From: an uncultured Chloroflexia bacterium
Lineage (GTDB): Bacteria > Chloroflexota > Anaerolineae > JAAYZQ01
NCBI GenBank assembly: GCA_963700285.1
Contig: CAVOXA010000001.1
Coordinates: 1,728,001-1,792,000 of the forward strand
DNA length: 64,000 nt
Reading direction: 5' to 3'
The translations under genes and the position numbers were made by a program. The notes beneath the pieces are model-generated. The model made no database searches, was not told the DNA's origin, and saw nothing but the letters and a program-made list of their open reading frames with translations. Shown piece by piece: positions 20,451-31,146 of this stretch (position 1 is its first letter; each line of letters starts with the position of its first letter).

Positions 20451-21206
20451 TCAAAACGTTTCCCGCAGTTGGACCAGCATCTCCCGGATGGGTCCGAACA
20501 ACTCCTGGATCGCTGGGTCGTTGGGTTGAATGTTTATGGGAATGGTCAGGTCCAACGGGACCTCCGTCTCAATGTGAAAAGTCTCGTCTATGCGGACCGG
20601 GACCGCAGTCTTGATGGGCACGGTCGTATTGATCGGCACCGAGATCTTGAATGGCGCGCCAATTCCCAGGTCGATGGGGACCTGGACCGTGGTATTGATC
20701 GGGAAATTCCCCTCGAATGGAAAGTCAAATTCCTGTTTGAAGGGGATATCTCCCTTGAATGGGACCGTCTGGGCCAGATGATAGTCGTACTGGAAGCCCT
20801 GCCCGCTCAGGTTGTCCAATGCGGCTATTGCCGCGTCAAGTCCGCTCACGGCCGTCTGCCGCACCGACAGCAGTCTGTAGATCAGGAAGCCGTTCAGAGC
20901 AAGGGACAACAGGCTCATGGCCAGGCTGGCAAGCACCAGCGTCCAGAGGACACACGGTGTATGCCGCGGTGGCATTTCTGCTTGGACCGGCTCCAGACGG
21001 TTCGGAAGTGGCTCCGGCGTGGGGATCTCATCCTGGCTCCCCAGGTTCAGGGTGTCTACCTGCCCGGCTTCCTCTCCATCGACAAGTGTAACCTCGTTGT
21101 CCTTCACGGGCGGCGCCGGCACGTGGTGTGCCGGGCGGCCCTCCTGCCAATTCGGCGGCACCAATGGCTGTGTTATGCGCTCATGTCGGTCCTCGGTGCT
21201 TGGCAT
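20451..21206 (-). CDS. Single-pass membrane protein with VP(I/F)-repeat beta region
   Basis: Disordered N-terminus, TM VLWTLVLASLAMSLLSLALNGFLI, then VPF/IPF/FPF/FPI/VPI repeats; AAGGAAAGG RBS. Confidence 0.75.
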   Translation of the reverse strand: MPSTEDRHERITQPLVPPNWQEGRPAHHVPAPPVKDNEVTLVDGEEAGQVDTLNLGSQDEIPTPEPLPNRLEPVQAEMPPRHTPCVLWTLVLASLAMSLLSLALNGFLIYRLLSVRQTAVSGLDAAIAALDNLSGQGFQYDYHLAQTVPFKGDIPFKQEFDFPFEGNFPINTTVQVPIDLGIGAPFKISVPINTTVPIKTAVPVRIDETFHIETEVPLDLTIPINIQPNDPAIQELFGPIREMLVQLRETF

Positions 21207-21406
21207 CAACGATCCTTTCCTTGGCTTTTTTGCCTGCTCTTTCTGATGTGTTACGCTCCTCCAACCTCCGGCCAAACCTTCTTCGTCACTGGCGGTCTGG
21301 CCCGGTGAAACCGCCCTACCCTACATGATGGCCTATCGCCGTCAGTTTTGCATCTGCATGTCATTTCTGCGGCTGGTCGTACCCCTCTCCAGACCTTCCC
21401 TGCTCC

Positions 21407-22430
21407 TCAGACGTCCCCTAGCATCGCCCGCACCTTTGCTTCGGCCTGGGCGATGGGTTGGGCCATCGGACTCTCTTCGGCTGTCATCGCCTGGGCCTGG
21501 GCCAATGCTGGATAGCCCGCTTCCCGCTCAGCCTGGAACTGGCGGGCAAAGGCGCCGCTCTGGATCTCCGCCAGCGTCTCGCTGAACCGCGTACCGATGT
21601 CAGACATCATTAGTTGCATCGTGCGCAGGAACCCGCCGTACAGGGCTGTTGGGCCATGACTGTCAGAGGCGCGGTAGAACCCCTTCTCGCGAAATGCCTG
21701 CCACACCGTCTCCATCTCGCCCGACATGTACATCTCCATGACCATCGCCTCGGGCGGGATGCCGGCCTCGACACCCAGGGTAAAAGCGCTCATCACCGCC
21801 ACCCCGATCGCCGCGCCCAGCGTCTGCTCGACAAACAGATCCAGGTCTGCCTCCCGGCGGGCATCAAGCTCAAGCGCGCCAGCGTACAGTACGCCCACAG
21901 CGCCCGCAATGCCGAGCAGCCGGTCCCAGGCCCTACCACTGGCATCCTGCTCCACCGAGACGTAGGCAAAGAAGCCCTGCCGGTTCAAGAATCGCTGCCG
22001 GGCGTGCTCCCCACCCATGCGCGGGGCCAACAGCAGAACGTCCACCCCTGGCGGGTGGTTGGACCAAGCCGTAGGCCAGGTTGTAGCCCGAGGCAAAGAT
22101 GACGGCCGAGCCTGGCCTGAGGTTCGGCCCCAGGTCGGATGCAAATACCTCCGGGATCACCTCGTCTGGCAGCAGGACCAGCACGATGTCCGAGGCGGCC
22201 ACGGCCTCGCCGATCTCCAGGACGGCAAAGCCATCGCTGCGGGCCTGGTCGGCGTATTCGTCGGATATGTTGCCTACCACCAGAGGTTCTACACCCGAAT
22301 CGCGCAGGTTCAGGGCAAGGGCGCTGCCCAGGTTACCATACCCCACCACGCCTACCCGCTCCCCCTCCAGGGCACGGGGGTTGGCGTCGGCGGCCGAAAA
22401 GAAACGGTACAGGTTGTCGTTCGATGTCAC
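21407..22430 (-). CDS. ilvC: Ketol-acid reductoisomerase (IlvC)-like protein, divergent; one frameshift near 22060
   Basis: GVVGYGNLG..ALNLRDSG Rossmann fold, LLPDE, FASGY (ORF 21933..22430), joined to DVLLLAPRM..DLFVEQ..E.IQSG.FA (ORF 21407..22144). Confidence 0.8.
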
Positions 22431-23849
22431 AGTGATGATTCTCCTTCCTGGTGATCAGTGCTGGATCGCTGATTCTGCCTGGTCGCGGGTCCCTCCACCA
22501 CCCGCTGGTACAGGCCCGAGCGGTTCCAGCGGTAGGCGATGGCCGCCATCAGCGGGTTCTCCGTCTCGCGCCAGGTGTTCCATGCCCGCCGGGCCGCGAC
22601 AGCTCGCGAGCCCACGGCCTGCGTCGCCCACACCAGGCCCTCTTCTAGTTGCTCTGACGTCATGTCGCGGGGCCGAAAGACGGCCGTCCGCAGGTCGTAG
22701 CGGCCATAGTCCTCCGGAAAGTCGGTGTAGAGTAGTCGATCTTCCTGGGCCAACCGGTCGTACAGGTCGGTGCCCGGATAGGGTGTCAGCAATCCAAAAT
22801 GGGCCACGTCCATCCCTGATTTTAGCACAAACTCTGCTGTTCGCTCAAAAATATCGGGTCCGTCGCCGTCGTTGCCAAAGATGAAGGTGCCTGACGAGGC
22901 CAGGCCGTGATCGTGCAGTTTGGCGATCCTGTCCCTGTACCCGTTCACGCCAACCTTCAGATTCACCCCCTTGCGCATCAGGCGTAGGCTCTCTTCGCTG
23001 ACCGACTCGAAGCCGATCAGCACCGTCATGCAACCACTGCCTCTCAGCGCCGCCAGTACCTGGTGATCGTCGGCGATGTCCAGTGAGGCCTGAACCGCGT
23101 AGGGCCTGTCCTGGCCCTGTTCCGCGATGCCCTCAAAGAGGGACAGCGCCCACTCGCGGTCGGTAAAGACGTTCTCGTCGGTGAAGAGGAGCGGCCGCTT
23201 GTTGCCAACGCCCGCCATCTCGGCCAATACCTCTTCGGGCGGGCGCTTGCGGTAGTGCCCGCCGTCCAGCTTCCACAGCGTACAAAACTCGCAGCGGTAG
23301 CGACAGCCCCGCGAAGCCAGAGATCAGTTGCAGAAAGTAGCGGTGTTGGTATAGATCTCGCCGTGGCCAGGGCAGGTCACGCAGAGGGATCGCGGCCCCG
23401 TTGTAGCGCCGTTTCAGCTTCCCGGCCTCGAAATCGCGGATCAGAGACGGCCAATTCCGTTCCGCCTCTCCCTGAAAGACGACGTCCACATACTTGGCCG
23501 CTTCGTCGGGTCGCAGGGTGGCATGGACCCCGCCCATCACGACTGGTACTCCCCGATCCCGATAGCCCTGGGCAAGGGCATAGGCCTGTGGAGCAGTGAT
23601 GCTCAGCGACGTAATGCCTACCAGGTCTGGCCTGCCCCAAGCCCCGTCGGCGGGGACATCCTCGCCTACCTCGTCTACGATCCGCACTTGCCAATGGGGC
23701 GGCGTCAGCGCGGCGACGTAGGCCAGGCCCAGGGGCTCCATGGTCGCCATGCCGCCAGCGTTGCGCAGCCGCTGGCCGTTGGCCTTCATGGCTGGGTTGA
23801 CGAGTAGCAGCCTTGGTCCCACGGTTCGCCTTTCGCCCCTGAGCGTCAC
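22427..23849 (-). CDS. B12-binding domain radical SAM protein; one frameshift near 23320
   Basis: EPLGLAYVAA, VVMGGVHAT, GEAE (cobalamin-binding domain); ASRGCRYRCEFC after removing one base; IGFES, TPYPGT. Confidence 0.9.
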
Positions 23850-23851
23850 GC

Positions 23852-26800
23852 CTAAATCACATCTTTCTGTTTCTGGAACAGCAGCGTCACCCCAAAGAAC
23901 AGGAGGCTGAGGACTCCCAGCGCCAGCCAGGAGGCTTTGATATCTGCCTCAAAGGCCGTCTTGTATCGCGTAAAAATCTCGTCGATCTTTTCCTCGGCTC
24001 CGCGGACAGCTCCCTCCCGTGTTCCCTGCCACTCCTGACGGTCTGTGATGTACCGCTCCATCTCGTTGTTCTGCCAATCCTCCATCTGATCCTGTCTTCT
24101 CTCTCCATCTTTTTTGCCAGCAGCTTCGCGGGTTGCCTGCCATCCCTCCAGTTTTCTCTGGTCCTTTGGCTTGGGAGGCGGCGTGGAGCTTGGCAGGGGC
24201 GTCGGCGTGGGCGGCTTTGCCGGCTCTAGTGCGGCGAGGGCTTTACGGGCTTCAGCATCATAGAGATCTGGATTCTGGATCCCGGGGAAATAGCACAGCC
24301 TGAACAACTGCTCGCCCATACACTGGCATTGCCGCCGATCCTTGTCATCTTGATCCCAGTTCTTTCCGTTCCTCCTTGGGCAGGTCCCAGCAGGGGTCTT
24401 CCACGACGTTCTCGCCGATGCCCGTGATGCGCACCAGTCCCTCAAAGGCCCACCGGGTGGACGTAGCGGCGCTGATAGAGTCTCCGCCGGGGATGAGGTC
24501 GCGGGGCAGCAGCGCGCCGGCAAACAGGAACTGGGGCACCAGCACGATCACGACCAGAAAGAGGGCGATGTTCTGGTTGGGCGACGCCGCCGAAATGAGC
24601 AACCCGAGCATATAGCCCGACAGGGTGCACAGAAAGATGGTGATGTACATGGCCGAGTAGCCCCACTCGCCGCCGTAGAACTGGGGATCGACAAAGACCT
24701 TCTTGGCCAGGACAAAGATGACCGACTGGTAGGCGGCCAGGATGACGCCCACCCACACCTTGGACAGGATGTAGGGCATCAGCTTGAGCACGACGGTCCG
24801 CTCCCGCCGGTAGATGTCGACCTCTTTGACGATCTCGCGCACCGAGCTGAGGGCGCCGGTCAGGATGCCGATGAGGCCCATCATGAACAGCATGGTGATG
24901 ATCTGCGCTGCGTCGCCGTTCACCGACGTCGAACAGCTCCTTGCCCCAGATAAAGTCCATCAGGCCGATCAGGGGCGCCACGGCCAGCATCAGGGCCAGG
25001 CCCACCTTGTCCTGGGCGATGATGCGCAGGTTGCGGGCCGAGAGGATCAGGAACTGCCGGAAGGCCGATACCTGCCGCTTCTGCGGGCGTCTGGCGGGCC
25101 GGCAGTGGACGTGGGCGTGCGCTGCTGTCTCCTTCAAGTTCTTGCAGGCGGTCGACGACGTACTCCTGGTACTGGGCGGAGCGGCGGAAGCGCTCGCCCC
25201 ACTCCTCGGGCGTGCCGCGCGTTTCCATCAGCCGGTAGATGTCGTCGAACTCGACCTGTTCCTTGTAGCGGCGCTCCTCGGCCGTCCGGTATTGCTCAAA
25301 GTACTCCAGCGCCTCGTTGGGCGGGCCAAAGATAGGCCAGGTAGCCGCCCTTGGCCAGGAACACCACCTGGTCGCACATCATCACGTTCTTGGTGGCGTG
25401 GGTGACCAGGATGACCGTGCGCCCGCCATCGGCCAGGTCGCGCAGCAGCTCCATCATCTCGGTCTCGGTGCCGGGGTCCAGGCCCGAGGTGGCCTCGTCC
25501 AGGAAAAACAGGCCCGGCTTGGTGAGCAGCTCGACGCCCATGGACACCCGCTTGCGCTGCCCGCCACTCAGGGCGCGTGATGAGGTTGTTTCGCTGCGCG
25601 CTCCAGCCCCAGCTCGTCGAGCACCTCCATGATGCGCCGGTGCCGTTCCTCCTTGGAGGTGTCGGCCGGCATCCGCAGTTGAGCCGCATAGTCCAGCGCG
25701 CTGTAGACCGTCAGCTCGCGGTGGATGATGTCTTCTTGGGGCACGTAGCCCATCTCGCTGCGGTACTCGTCCATGTGGGTGTACAGGTTCTGGCCGTTGA
25801 CCAGCACCCGTGACTTGGGGCCGTTGGCCGGATTGAAGCCGGTCAGGGCGTTCATCAGCGTCGACTTGCCGGCGCCGCTGGCCCCCACCAGGGCCACGAA
25901 CTCTTTGGGATAGATCGAGATTGAGACGCTCTTCAGGATGTTGACCGTCTTGCGAGTACCACTTTTCGATGCGCAGGGCATCCAGCCGGATGTTGCCTGC
26001 CTCGTCGAAATGGCGTGATGCCGTCCTCCTGAAAGACCAGCCGGAACGATGCGATGTCGGATCTCGTCGCCTTCCTGGATCCAGGCCTCCTTCTTCACCC
26101 GTTTGCCGTTGACAAAGGTCCCGTTGTCGCTGTTCAGGTCCCGCAGCCGGAAGCGTGCGCCAAACTGCTCGATGACGGCGTGATAGCGGGACACGCGGGG
26201 ATGTTGCAGCGCAACGACGTTGCTGCTGTGCCGTCCGATGGTGATGCGCCGGCTTCCGCCTGGGCAGGTCTGCGCATGTCCAGGTACTGGGTCTTGGGGT
26301 CTTCGATGCCGCTTTTCGGCCTCGCTCCGGCAGAAAGCCGATGTGCGCCCGGTACTGGAGGGCGATGCGTCTGTCCAATGTACAGCACGTCGCCGTCGGC
26401 CAGGACATGCTGGGCCACCCGCTGACCCTGGTAGGTCAGGCCGTTTGTGCTGCCCAGATCGACGATGCGGTAGGTGTTTCCCAGTCGCTCCAGCCGTGCG
26501 TGATGGCCCGACACCAGCGGGTCGTTGAGCTGTACGTCGTTGTCCGACCCACGCCCCACCGTCACGACTCCTTTGTCCAGGGGGTATTTCTCCACACGGC
26601 CGCTCACATAGACGGCCAGTCCTGGCGCCGGGTCTGATGAGATCTGCACTTTATCGCCAAGTCGTGGCGGAACATGATCCTTTGCCTGGGGCGATTGGAT
26701 CTGGAAGGTGAACTCGTCGATCCGGACCGCGTCGCCGGGGCGCAGGGGGGTCGCTTTCCTAGGTGGGAGCCGCTGGCCATTGAGGTAGGTACCATTGCTG

Positions 26801-27000
26801 GAGTTCAGATCCTCCACGAGCCAGCCATCACGGCCCCAGACAAACTGGGCGTGTCTGCCTGAGACGTTGGGGTCCTCCAGGACAACGTCGTTCTGCCTGC
26901 CCCTTCCCAGCCTCAAAATCGATTGGTAGATGGGCAGCTCATCCTGGCCGCCCCTGGCAATCTGGACTTGTAGGATACCATGAAGCTGTTGGGCACTCAT
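23852..27000 (-). CDS. FHA-FHA-FHA - ABC ATPase - ABC2 permease fusion (Rv1747-like exporter); multiple frameshifts
   Basis: Three FHA motifs (SGRHA..SSNGT; SGHHA..STNG; SRYHA..SDNGT); Walker A GASGAGKST, LSGGQRKR, FFLDEATSGLD, VTH; permease motifs REIVKE..IYRRER and PQFLFAG. Confidence 0.88.
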
Positions 27001-27053
27001 TCAGAAGGAATCTCCTCGCAAAAGATGGTACGAATCACTGTCCAAGACAGGCC

Positions 27054-28688
27054 TCATTTCTGTTGGTCGGACGCCTGTCTCAGGGCTACGATGAACTCCC
27101 GCGTAGTGGCATATCGCCGCCCGGGATCAGGTCGCAGGGTCTTCAGGACGACATGGTCCAACGCAGGCGCGATGCTCGGCTTTAGATGGCTCGGCGGGGC
27201 GGGAGTCTCCAGGCCAAAAGCAGGTGGAAGCTGGGCCGTCAGCATCTCATAGAGGCAGACGCCCAGTCCATACTGGTCGCTTTGCAGCATGGCCGCTCCG
27301 TTGAACTGCTCGTAGGCCATGTAGCGCGGGGTGCCGATGCGCGTGCGCGCCACCTGGCTCTCGCCTAGCATGGCGACGATGCCAAAGTCCGCTACCTTGG
27401 CCCCTCCTGTCTGGTCCAACAGGATGTTGGCTGGCTTGATGTCCCGATGGATGATCCCTTTTCGGTGGGCATGGTCCAGCGCCTCGGCTATCTGGAGGGC
27501 GATGGCCGTGGCTTGCCTGGGCTTCATGGGCCCCCAGTGGCTCAGGCCCTGTGCCAATGTGGGCCCTCTGACCAGTTCCATGGCCAGATAGTAGCATCCC
27601 TGCGATTCTCCTGCGTCAAAGACCGTCACGATATTCGGGTGCGAAAGCTGGGCCAGGATGCGTCCCTCGCGCCGGAATCGCTCCACAAAATCGGCTGTGG
27701 CAGTCAACTCGGGGGCCAGCAGCTTCAAGGCGACTTCCCGGTGCAACGCTGTGTGGCGTGCCCGATAGACCACGGCCATTCCCCCATGCCCAAGTTCCTC
27801 CTGGATCAGGTACCGGTCAAGCACAGTGCCGGGGGCCGGGCACCTGGCCGGTGGTGTCGGTTGCTGGCGCCTGGTATGCACCGCGGGCTGGCGTTGTTTG
27901 GCCCTCGTCTCCTGTCTTCCACCGTCACCCAGGTATTGGCGGCGCTGCGGCTTCCGGCTGGTGCGTTTGCCCGCTACTTTCCATAACAATGCGCCTATCG
28001 CGGCGACCAATGCTATCGTCAGCAGGAATATGGCCCCATAGGAGACAAGGTCTGCCCCTGGTACGGCGGGCTTTTCTGCCCGGACCGTCAAGATATATTC
28101 CGTCTCAGCATCGTCGCCCTCGTACGATGTAAAGTACCAACTTATGCGGTTCTTTGCTTCCTTCTCTGTGCGGGCCCGTGTGGTCTGTAGGTCAGTGTAC
28201 TCTGTGATCCTCCCGGGCATGGTCACCCGGTATAGCATGGGCTGGCCCTCGACCAGCCATAGCTGCTGGGGGCTTATTCGGGTCTGGATGGTGTAAGTGC
28301 TCTTCAAGGTTTCTTCTTCGTACCAGCCGTCGATTTGCAGGCCTCCTGCGCTCCCCACAAAGCATGTGATCTGGCCCGGGATTTCGCTAAAGCTGCGAAA
28401 ATCGAACACCGCCTGGATCCCGGTATACTGCTCGTCTTCGTAGGGCAAGGTCCGGGCACCGCACGCTTCGACTTTGCGCCGAGCCTCTTCCAGGTCTTGT
28501 TCCTCCGCTGCGGCTTCTTGCGACCCTTCTTCTGCCCTGGCTGATGCGAAGAGAAAGACGTTGCGCCCACTGCCATCGTCCCATACTTCGGTGGTGACCT
28601 GCTTGATGCCACAGCCCAGCACAAAAAGGGCCAACCCCATGACCAATAGGAGGAGTGCTTGCGCCAGGCGGTCCTTAAGGTTGCTCAC
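27054..28688 (-). CDS. Ser/Thr kinase 4 with inverted topology: lipoprotein signal - extracellular LppM/DUF3153-like domain - TM - C-terminal kinase
   Basis: GTG start at 28688 overlaps the upstream stop (GTGA); lipobox VLG-C; TM GAIFLLTIALVAAIGALLW; LGHGGMA, VALK, HRDIKPAN, ADFGI, GTPRYMAYEQ. Confidence 0.9.
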   Translation of the reverse strand: MSNLKDRLAQALLLLVMGLALFVLGCGIKQVTTEVWDDGSGRNVFLFASARAEEGSQEAAAEEQDLEEARRKVEACGARTLPYEDEQYTGIQAVFDFRSFSEIPGQITCFVGSAGGLQIDGWYEEETLKSTYTIQTRISPQQLWLVEGQPMLYRVTMPGRITEYTDLQTTRARTEKEAKNRISWYFTSYEGDDAETEYILTVRAEKPAVPGADLVSYGAIFLLTIALVAAIGALLWKVAGKRTSRKPQRRQYLGDGGRQETRAKQRQPAVHTRRQQPTPPARCPAPGTVLDRYLIQEELGHGGMAVVYRARHTALHREVALKLLAPELTATADFVERFRREGRILAQLSHPNIVTVFDAGESQGCYYLAMELVRGPTLAQGLSHWGPMKPRQATAIALQIAEALDHAHRKGIIHRDIKPANILLDQTGGAKVADFGIVAMLGESQVARTRIGTPRYMAYEQFNGAAMLQSDQYGLGVCLYEMLTAQLPPAFGLETPAPPSHLKPSIAPALDHVVLKTLRPDPGRRYATTREFIVALRQASDQQK

Positions 28689-29452
28689 AGGGATGGCTCC
28701 AGGCCCTGTGCGCTGCGCCATACCTGCAAGGCAAATAGAACACCTGCGGTACCCAGGAGCGCCAGATCCAGACCAAAAAACAGCGCCAGCCCCTGAGAGG
28801 TTGCATAGTCTCCCCGTAGCAAGCCGATAGCCGCGCGGCTGGCGCTGTAGATCGAGACATAGGTCAGTACCAGAAAACCAGGATAAGGCTTGTTCTTTCG
28901 CACTTTCCACAAGAAGGCAAACAAAGTCAACCCGACGGTGCTGTAGAGGAGCTGGGTGGGGTAGCGCACGGCCCAGCTACCATCTATGTCGGGCAGGAAC
29001 GCCCCGAGCATGCCGCTGGTCTCCCGGCCGTAGCAACAGCCATTCAAAAAGCAGCCCCAGCGCATGATCCCCTCCGCCATGGCCGCTGCTGGCACGAGCA
29101 GGTCGAAAAAGTGCCAGGTGTTCAGACCCGCACGCCGGCCGTAGGCGTAGGTCCACAACAACAGGGCTACGATCGCGCCGCAGGCGGCTTCGCCCTCCCC
29201 TTGCCAGAAGGGCAGGACCCGTCCCAGATCGCCACCCTTCTCCTGCCAATGCAAAAGCACGTAACTCAGGCGTCCCCCAAGCAGGGCGCTCACAATGGCC
29301 CCAGCGCAGAAGCCATACACGGCTCCTGGCCGCAGTCCAGCCTCTCTCCAGCCCCGGCGCAAGAGTAGATAGCCAGCGATCATCCCCAGCAATAGGAAGA
29401 TGCTGTAGGAGCGGATGGCGTATGGACCGACGTGAAACAAAACGGGATGCAT
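28685..29452 (-). CDS. lgt: Prolipoprotein diacylglyceryl transferase (Lgt)-like protein, divergent
   Basis: MHPVLF..G..IRSY, LLGGRL, RWGCFLNGCCYG, YPTQL, R....LRGD; ~7 TM; ATG 29452. Confidence 0.85.
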   Translation of the reverse strand: MHPVLFHVGPYAIRSYSIFLLLGMIAGYLLLRRGWREAGLRPGAVYGFCAGAIVSALLGGRLSYVLLHWQEKGGDLGRVLPFWQGEGEAACGAIVALLLWTYAYGRRAGLNTWHFFDLLVPAAAMAEGIMRWGCFLNGCCYGRETSGMLGAFLPDIDGSWAVRYPTQLLYSTVGLTLFAFLWKVRKNKPYPGFLVLTYVSIYSASRAAIGLLRGDYATSQGLALFFGLDLALLGTAGVLFALQVWRSAQGLEPSL

Positions 29453-29569
29453 CGCTGCTATTCCAGCTTGAACTCCTGACCTTGATGAAAAAGGCTGTGT
29501 TGGGATCGGCTGGCGGCCCACGCTGCGCTGCGCTGGATGCGTAGCCTGACGGCTTCGCCTCCCTTCTCC

Positions 29570-29840
29570 GGAATCCATTGGATTTTGAGCGAGGTATCGC
29601 CGATCCTCACGCGACTCCTGGAGCTCAAGCGGCGCGGAGAGCGATCTGGCCTCGCTCACATAGGCGCCGATCTCACTGCCAAGGTCCCCAACCGCAACCG
29701 AGTTGCCTTCGGGCCAGATCGCGGCAGCCTACCGCGATGCCAGCGTGTCCTGGATGCCAACACCAGTATTGGCCGACTGTCCCCCAATTGCCGGATGTCT
29801 CAGCTCAACCCAACGCCCCTCGGAGACCGCCAACTCCCGC
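29570..29840 (-). pseudogene. Decayed FHA-domain gene fragment
   Basis: Manual translation: IGGQSANTGVGIQDTLASR*AAAIWPEGNSVAVGDLGSEIGAYVSEARSLSAPLELQ, then a frameshift, then RVRIGDTSLKIQW. This is collinear with the FHA consensus; in-frame TAG at 29729-29731. Confidence 0.7.
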
Positions 29841-29959
29841 GTGATTGCCGTTGCCTCTCTTTCCCCCCAGTGCTAGGCGCTGACCCCAACCTCCGCCTCC
29901 CTAGCGCGAGTGAGACAATGGGTCTCAAGACCATGTGCGCCAAAGCAGTCGGCCCTTTC

Positions 29960-31054
29960 TCAGCCAGGATGCTGCCGCACCCGCTTTCGATTCAGCAATG
30001 ACAGCGTCAATCGCCCGATCCCGCCCACGATCAGTAGTACAAGCCCAGAGATTGTGAGCCAAACTCCAGGCAGAATGGCCATCTCTATGTCGGTGAGATA
30101 GTCAACGCCTTTCATGATCTGATCCACTTGAATGTCAAAAAGAAGGTTCAGGGCTCTTGCGTGGTTGTAGAGTTGGAGAAACGTTCGCAGGTCAAGGGCA
30201 ACCGCCACGATGGCAAAAAGACCGGCGAGTAGGTATACGATCCCCGGCACCACCCACGTACGGTGGAAGAACATGTCTACGATCAGAAAGACCAGGCTGA
30301 TCGCGGCGATGGCAAGCGTCAGTGTCCCATAGGAGTCTATTCCCATGATCTCGCGCGTGAAAAGGCGGCTAGGATCGGTCCCAAACAGGCTGGAGAGTAT
30401 GCCTACTCCTGCCTGAATAAGTGGGTCTAGCTCCTTGGACACAGTTCCAGTGATCCTCACCCAGGGTAGAAAGGCTCCGCTCGCAAGGAACACCACTGCT
30501 GCTGCCACGAGCCCCTGTACGAACCAGAAGGCCACTGCTCGGCCCTCCCAGGCACCCTTGCTGGCGGGAGACTTGGCGGCCGGCGGCCGGGATGCGGGCC
30601 GAGAGGCGCCTCCGGGCTGTCTGGCGTGTACGGCCGGCGGCGCCGGTACCAGATGCTGCATCTCTGCTGTTTTCTCTCGCTGGCTGCTGGGTTGTGCGGT
30701 CCGGTTGGCGGGCTGGCCCGCTGCTACCGGGGAAGGGGGACGCGCGCCAGACTCACGCAAGACCATCGTTGTCTCGCCGATGGTGATCCGATCCCCCAGG
30801 CGCAGAGCGTATGGGTGGTGGACCTCCAGTCCATTCACGTAAGTGCGATTGGTGCTGCCGCGATCCACCACGAACCACGTCTGTCTCTGGTCATCCCAGC
30901 GGATGTCGGCATGGCGGCGCGATGCCCGTACGTCATTCAGGACAATGTGACAGTCCGAGGAGCGGCCCACGCAGAGTCGCGTTTGTCTCGTTGGGTCCAG
31001 GGGATACGAACGACCTGCCGTTGGGCCTTCCTGAAGGATTAGCGTAGCTTTCAT
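29960..31054 (-). CDS. FHA + multi-pass membrane domain protein
   Basis: VGRSSDC..ASRRHA..STNRTYVNG; Pro-rich linker; ~4 TM with G.FLPW motif. Confidence 0.9.
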   Translation of the reverse strand: MKATLILQEGPTAGRSYPLDPTRQTRLCVGRSSDCHIVLNDVRASRRHADIRWDDQRQTWFVVDRGSTNRTYVNGLEVHHPYALRLGDRITIGETTMVLRESGARPPSPVAAGQPANRTAQPSSQREKTAEMQHLVPAPPAVHARQPGGASRPASRPPAAKSPASKGAWEGRAVAFWFVQGLVAAAVVFLASGAFLPWVRITGTVSKELDPLIQAGVGILSSLFGTDPSRLFTREIMGIDSYGTLTLAIAAISLVFLIVDMFFHRTWVVPGIVYLLAGLFAIVAVALDLRTFLQLYNHARALNLLFDIQVDQIMKGVDYLTDIEMAILPGVWLTISGLVLLIVGGIGRLTLSLLNRKRVRQHPG

Positions 31055-31146
31055 TGTCAGTTCCTATCACGTAGCGGCCGGCTGAGTGGGTGTGCAAGAA
31101 AACCCAGGGCGCTGGCCGATCGTGCACCAGCACCCCACACTGCTCG

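Noticed and set aside
22040-23330. Programmed ribosomal frameshifting in the KARI and radical SAM genes
   Set aside because: No slippery heptamer or stimulatory structure was noticed, and the surrounding genes show the same indel noise.
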